This document shows positions 8,399-11,159 of a stretch of 11,159 bases of DNA, in pieces. The number at the start of each line of letters is the position of its first letter. The first letter of the stretch is position 1. The notes under the pieces were generated by a model that ran no database searches, was not told where the DNA came from, and saw only the letters and a program-made list of their open reading frames with translations. Both the position numbers and the translations under genes were made by a program. This DNA is from Fonticula alba ATCC 38817 (taxonomy: Eukaryota; Protista; Nucleariida), in the NCBI GenBank assembly GCA_000388065.2, contig KB932202.1; one strand, 5' to 3'.

Positions 8399-9626
8399 TC
8401 GCCGCCTCCGCCACCAGTGGTACGCCCCGCTGTCCTTCCCTGCTCTCTGATTGCTCGGCGGGGGCGGCGCCGGCCGGCCGCGCGCGGCTGGCCCGGCCGA
8501 AGCGGCCCGAGCGGAAGCCCCGCTCGGTTGCCAGTCCCAGCCGGCCGCTTCCCGCCCGGCGCCCCCTCCAGTCGATCACCACCAAGATGATCATCATGGA
8601 GGGCTTCAATGATGGGCTCTCCTCGCCGACCGACTCCGGCGGCATTCGCGCCTACTCCGAGTCCTTTGTGACCGAAGAGCCGGTGGCCGACACCGAGGGG
8701 TCGGTCGCCCTGTCGCCGCCGCCGCCGCCGCCCGGTAGGCACCGCCCACCCCTCCCCCGCCCTGATGTCCTGCAAGCGCCGCGCGTGGCTCCCCGCCCTG
8801 CTGGCTCCCACTTCCGCTTTGTCACCGGAGACTGACACTCAGCGCACCCCTGTCCTCGCCGGGCGCCGCGCCCGCCGTGTGCCTCGTCGCGCCAGGAGGA
8901 CCGGCCGTCGAGAGCGACGGCTATGACACCGACGAGGAGGACTTCGACACCGACGAGAACTACGAGGCCGAGAGCAGCGACTCGGATGAGTCGGACAACT
9001 CGGACGACGAGGAGAACTACGTCCCGCACAAGATGGTCCTGGTCATTCGCATGGACCTCGGCATGCAGAAGGGCAAGATCGCGGCCCAGTGCTCGCACGC
9101 CACTCTGAGCGCGTACTCTCGCGCGCGTGACAACCCGGCCTGGCGGCCGCTCCTGCGCCGGTGGATGCGCTACTCCGGCCAGGCCAAGGTCACGCTCAAG
9201 GGCGACTCGGAGGAGCACCTGTGCGTCGCGCTCCTGCCCTCTTTCCCCCCCCCCCTCCCCTTTGCTCGTTCCCTGCCTTCTCCCCGTCTGGGGCGATGTG
9301 CGCCCTGGCGCGCATGCTCTAACCCTCCCCCTTCCCGCCCGCCCGCCCCTCCTGCAACCGGCCGCCATCACGGTCGTGGGCATCCTCGGCGGGGCCGCCA
9401 CGCATGGACGCTCACCGGTCCTCCCCCCCCCCCCTCCCCCCCTCTGGCCCCTCGCCTGTTCAGCCTCGCCCTCCGGGACCATGCCCGGTCGCTGGACCTC
9501 CCCACGGCGTTCATCCGCGATGCCGGTCGCACGCAGATCGCCGCCGGGTCGATGACCGTGCTGGCCATCGGGCCGGCTCCCAGCTCCGCCATCGACCTGG
9601 TGACCTCCAGCCTGAAGCTCTATTGA
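8068..9626 (+). CDS. PTRH2: Peptidyl-tRNA hydrolase 2 (PTH2/PTRH2/Bit1), 384 aa; exons 8068-8734, 8896-9220, 9464-9626
   Basis: GCC-ATG start. Hydrophobic anchor FTLAGVALGGLLVALLL. Catalytic domain KMVLVIRMDLGMQKGKIAAQCSHA...W...GQAKVTLK...EEHLLAL...[34 protein letters not shown] closely parallels human PTRH2 ([24 protein letters not shown]...[23 protein letters not shown]...IDKVTGHLKLY). Both introns have GT-AG ends and matching phases; 667+325+163=1155 nt. The internal structure of exon 1 is less certain. Confidence 0.95.
8735..8895 (+). other. PTH2 intron (161 nt, phase 1)
   Basis: G|GTAGGC donor, branch CTGAC at 8832-8836, GCCAG acceptor. Joins track ORFs 7855..8835 and 8877..9626 in frame (PPPPPPG-GPAVES). 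Confidence 0.88.
9221..9463 (+). other. PTH2 intron (243 nt, phase 2, multiple of 3, stop-free)
   Basis: CT|GTGCGT donor, C tracts, TTCAG acceptor. Removal restores EEHLLAL at the position of human EETLIAL. Confidence 0.92.
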
Positions 9627-9806
9627 GGATCACGTGTACACACGGACAACTACACATCAAGCATCCGCGTGCTGGTTATACTGGGGATGGCGGTGTGTTT
9701 CGGTTCTGGATGCACATCGCCAGGTGCGCCCCTTGGCGAGGAATGCGCGCGCGCGTAGGCCCGAGGGGTGGCCGGCGGGGAGGGATGGCTGGCGGAGCAT
9801 GTAGAT

Positions 9807-9808
<2 letters not shown>

Positions 9809-9849
<41 letters not shown>

Positions 9850-9858
9850 CGTGCGTGT
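9809..9858 (+). repeat. (GT)16 followed by (GC)5 and mixed GT/GC: about 50 bp of alternating purine-pyrimidine
   Basis: Direct reading, about 180 nt after the PTH2 stop. Confidence 0.95.
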
Positions 9859-9860
9859 AA

Positions 9861-9940
9861 GTCTGCAAGTGTGCAGGTGTGCAAGTGTGCAAGTGTGCAA
9901 GTGTGTACGCGTGCAAACGTGCAGATGTGCAGATGTGTGT
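9861..9940 (+). repeat. Degenerate 8-bp tandem repeat, 10 units, consensus GTGTGCAA/G
   Basis: gtctgcaa gtgtgcag gtgtgcaa gtgtgcaa gtgtgcaa gtgtgtac gcgtgcaa acgtgcag atgtgcag atgtgtgt. Confidence 0.9.
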
Positions 9941-10284
9941 GGCCGTGCGAGTCCAGGGGTCCCCGCCGCCTTCGGGGTCTCCGTGTTCGCGCGGCGCCCG
10001 GGGCTGGGCGGCCCCCCTGAAAAAGACGAGCGCACACACGCGCCCCGGAAGAAAGCCAATATATCGGCCTAATATTTGTGTGCGTGTGCGGGGAGATCGC
10101 CACGACGCGTGCCCGAGGCCCGCCGCCTGCAGAACCCCCCTCGCCCTGTCCCCCCCCCCCCGGGGGGGAGGCGAGAGAACAACGGGGACCCCGCTGCGAT
10201 TGGGGCCGGCCAGGCAGCATGTGCCAGCCGGGGGGCGGCCGTCGTCCAACGTGTCCGGCCCCAATTGAGCGGCGCCAGTTGGCA

Positions 10285-10304
10285 GGCCGGCCGGCCGGCC
10301 GGCC
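10285..10304. repeat. (GGCC)5 self-complementary tetranucleotide repeat
   Basis: Direct reading. Confidence 0.9.
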
Positions 10305-10534
10305 GCCGTGGCGGGTGGGGGATCCGTGCTCCGTCTCCGCCGGACGGCCATATATCGGCCTGGGGCGCGCGCGCCGGAAGGCCAGGGAAAACGTTGTCAC
10401 TTGGCCGCGGCCGCCTCGGCGGGGCAGGAAATCTCCTCAAATTTGGCTAGCGCGCCCTTCGGTGCCCCATCATCCAGCGCGCCCTTCTTCTTGCCGGGAG
10501 GGGGCGGGGCCGGGGGCTGCCTCTCGCGCCCGGG

Positions 10535-10584
10535 GTGGCGTTTGTTTTCCCCCCNNNNNNNNNNGTGGCGTTTGTTTTCCCCCC
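10535..10584. other. 10-N scaffold join with an identical 20-mer on both sides (overlapping contig ends)
   Basis: GTGGCGTTTGTTTTCCCCCC at 10535-10554 and 10565-10584 around N at 10555-10564. Confidence 0.9.
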
Positions 10585-11159
10585 GCCACCCGCCGCCCCC
10601 CCCCCCCCCCCCCCCCCCCCCGGCGGTGTTTTCCCCCCCCCCCCCCCGCCCCTCTCCCCCCGGCCCCGGAGCAGGGTGCACCCTTCGGGATCGGTGCTTT
10701 GTTTTCTCCAGGCCAGCCCCGTTTCAGTGGCCCCCCCGCTGCTAGTGCGCCCGGGTCGCGGGTGCACGCTCGCCCGTGCCCCGCCCGCCGAAGGGGGGGG
10801 GGGGACGGCGGACCGGTGCACACGCGCGTACCCCGTGCAGGCTCTCGGCAGGGGGCCCCCGCGCCAGTGTTTTTCCGAGCTTCCGGCGGGGCTTCCCCTA
10901 GAGAAAGGGCCTCTCCGGCGGGTCGGGGTCACCCAGCCCCGCGCCCGGTTTTCCTCCTCGCCCGCCTGCACCATGTTGTGCATGGTCTCCAGGCATGGCC
11001 AGGCCGAGGGGGCAGGCAAGGGCCCGCCCTTCTGCTTCCTGAAGGGCCACCCGCACGGCGACGGCTGCCGCCCGCCCCCGGTGGCGGCCCCCGCAACGCA
11101 GTGCCTCAGCAGCTTCCCCGCCCTCCCCCTCCCTCCTCTGCTTGCTCCTACCTTGCCCC

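Noticed and set aside
10341-10361. Hap1-type CGGnnnTAnCGG site
   Set aside because: Spacing between the CGG triplets is 8 nt, not 6.
10535-10584. 20-bp direct repeat around a 10-nt spacer
   Set aside because: The spacer is N; overlapping contig ends.
10447-11019. 190-aa minus-strand ORF
   Set aside because: Starts at a non-ATG codon, runs through G homopolymers and the N gap, has no recognisable motif, and local skew favours plus-strand transcription.
1-11159. tRNA, rRNA, snRNA/SL RNA or transposon sequences
   Set aside because: By eye I found no T-loop/D-loop pattern, rRNA signature, convincing Sm-site hairpin context, terminal inverted repeats, or RT/transposase motifs. An Infernal/Rfam scan was not run.

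Overview
Very GC-rich, intron-containing eukaryotic draft scaffold with three N gaps (1006 N in total), long C/G homopolymers and microsatellites. The style resembles an opisthokont protist such as Fonticula; this is an impression and cannot be proven from the window. Three protein genes are supportable. (1) Minus strand, 2517->183, continuing off the left edge through an intron: a PTC7/PPTC7-family PP2C phosphatase with a mitochondrial-type presequence and very large low-complexity insertions. It is missing from the supplied ORF track, apparently because its frame stays open to the window edge. (2) Minus strand, ~5028->3292: a Ser/Asn/Gly/Ala low-complexity protein with no recognisable domain. 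(3) Plus strand, 8068->9626, three exons: peptidyl-tRNA hydrolase 2 (PTH2/PTRH2) with an N-terminal membrane anchor. The most clear-cut anomaly is technical: a 20-nt Illumina adapter at 4777-4796 between two 100-bp direct repeats, adding a false in-frame 39-aa insert to gene 2. Most long ORFs in the track are antisense or alternate-frame shadows, or run through N gaps. I see no RNA gene, CRISPR array or mobile element, and no firm evidence of a novel system. The best biological leads are hypotheses: 3' splice sites just before all three start codons, a phase-compatible splice that could fuse gene 2 to PTC7, and recurrent intergenic motifs.
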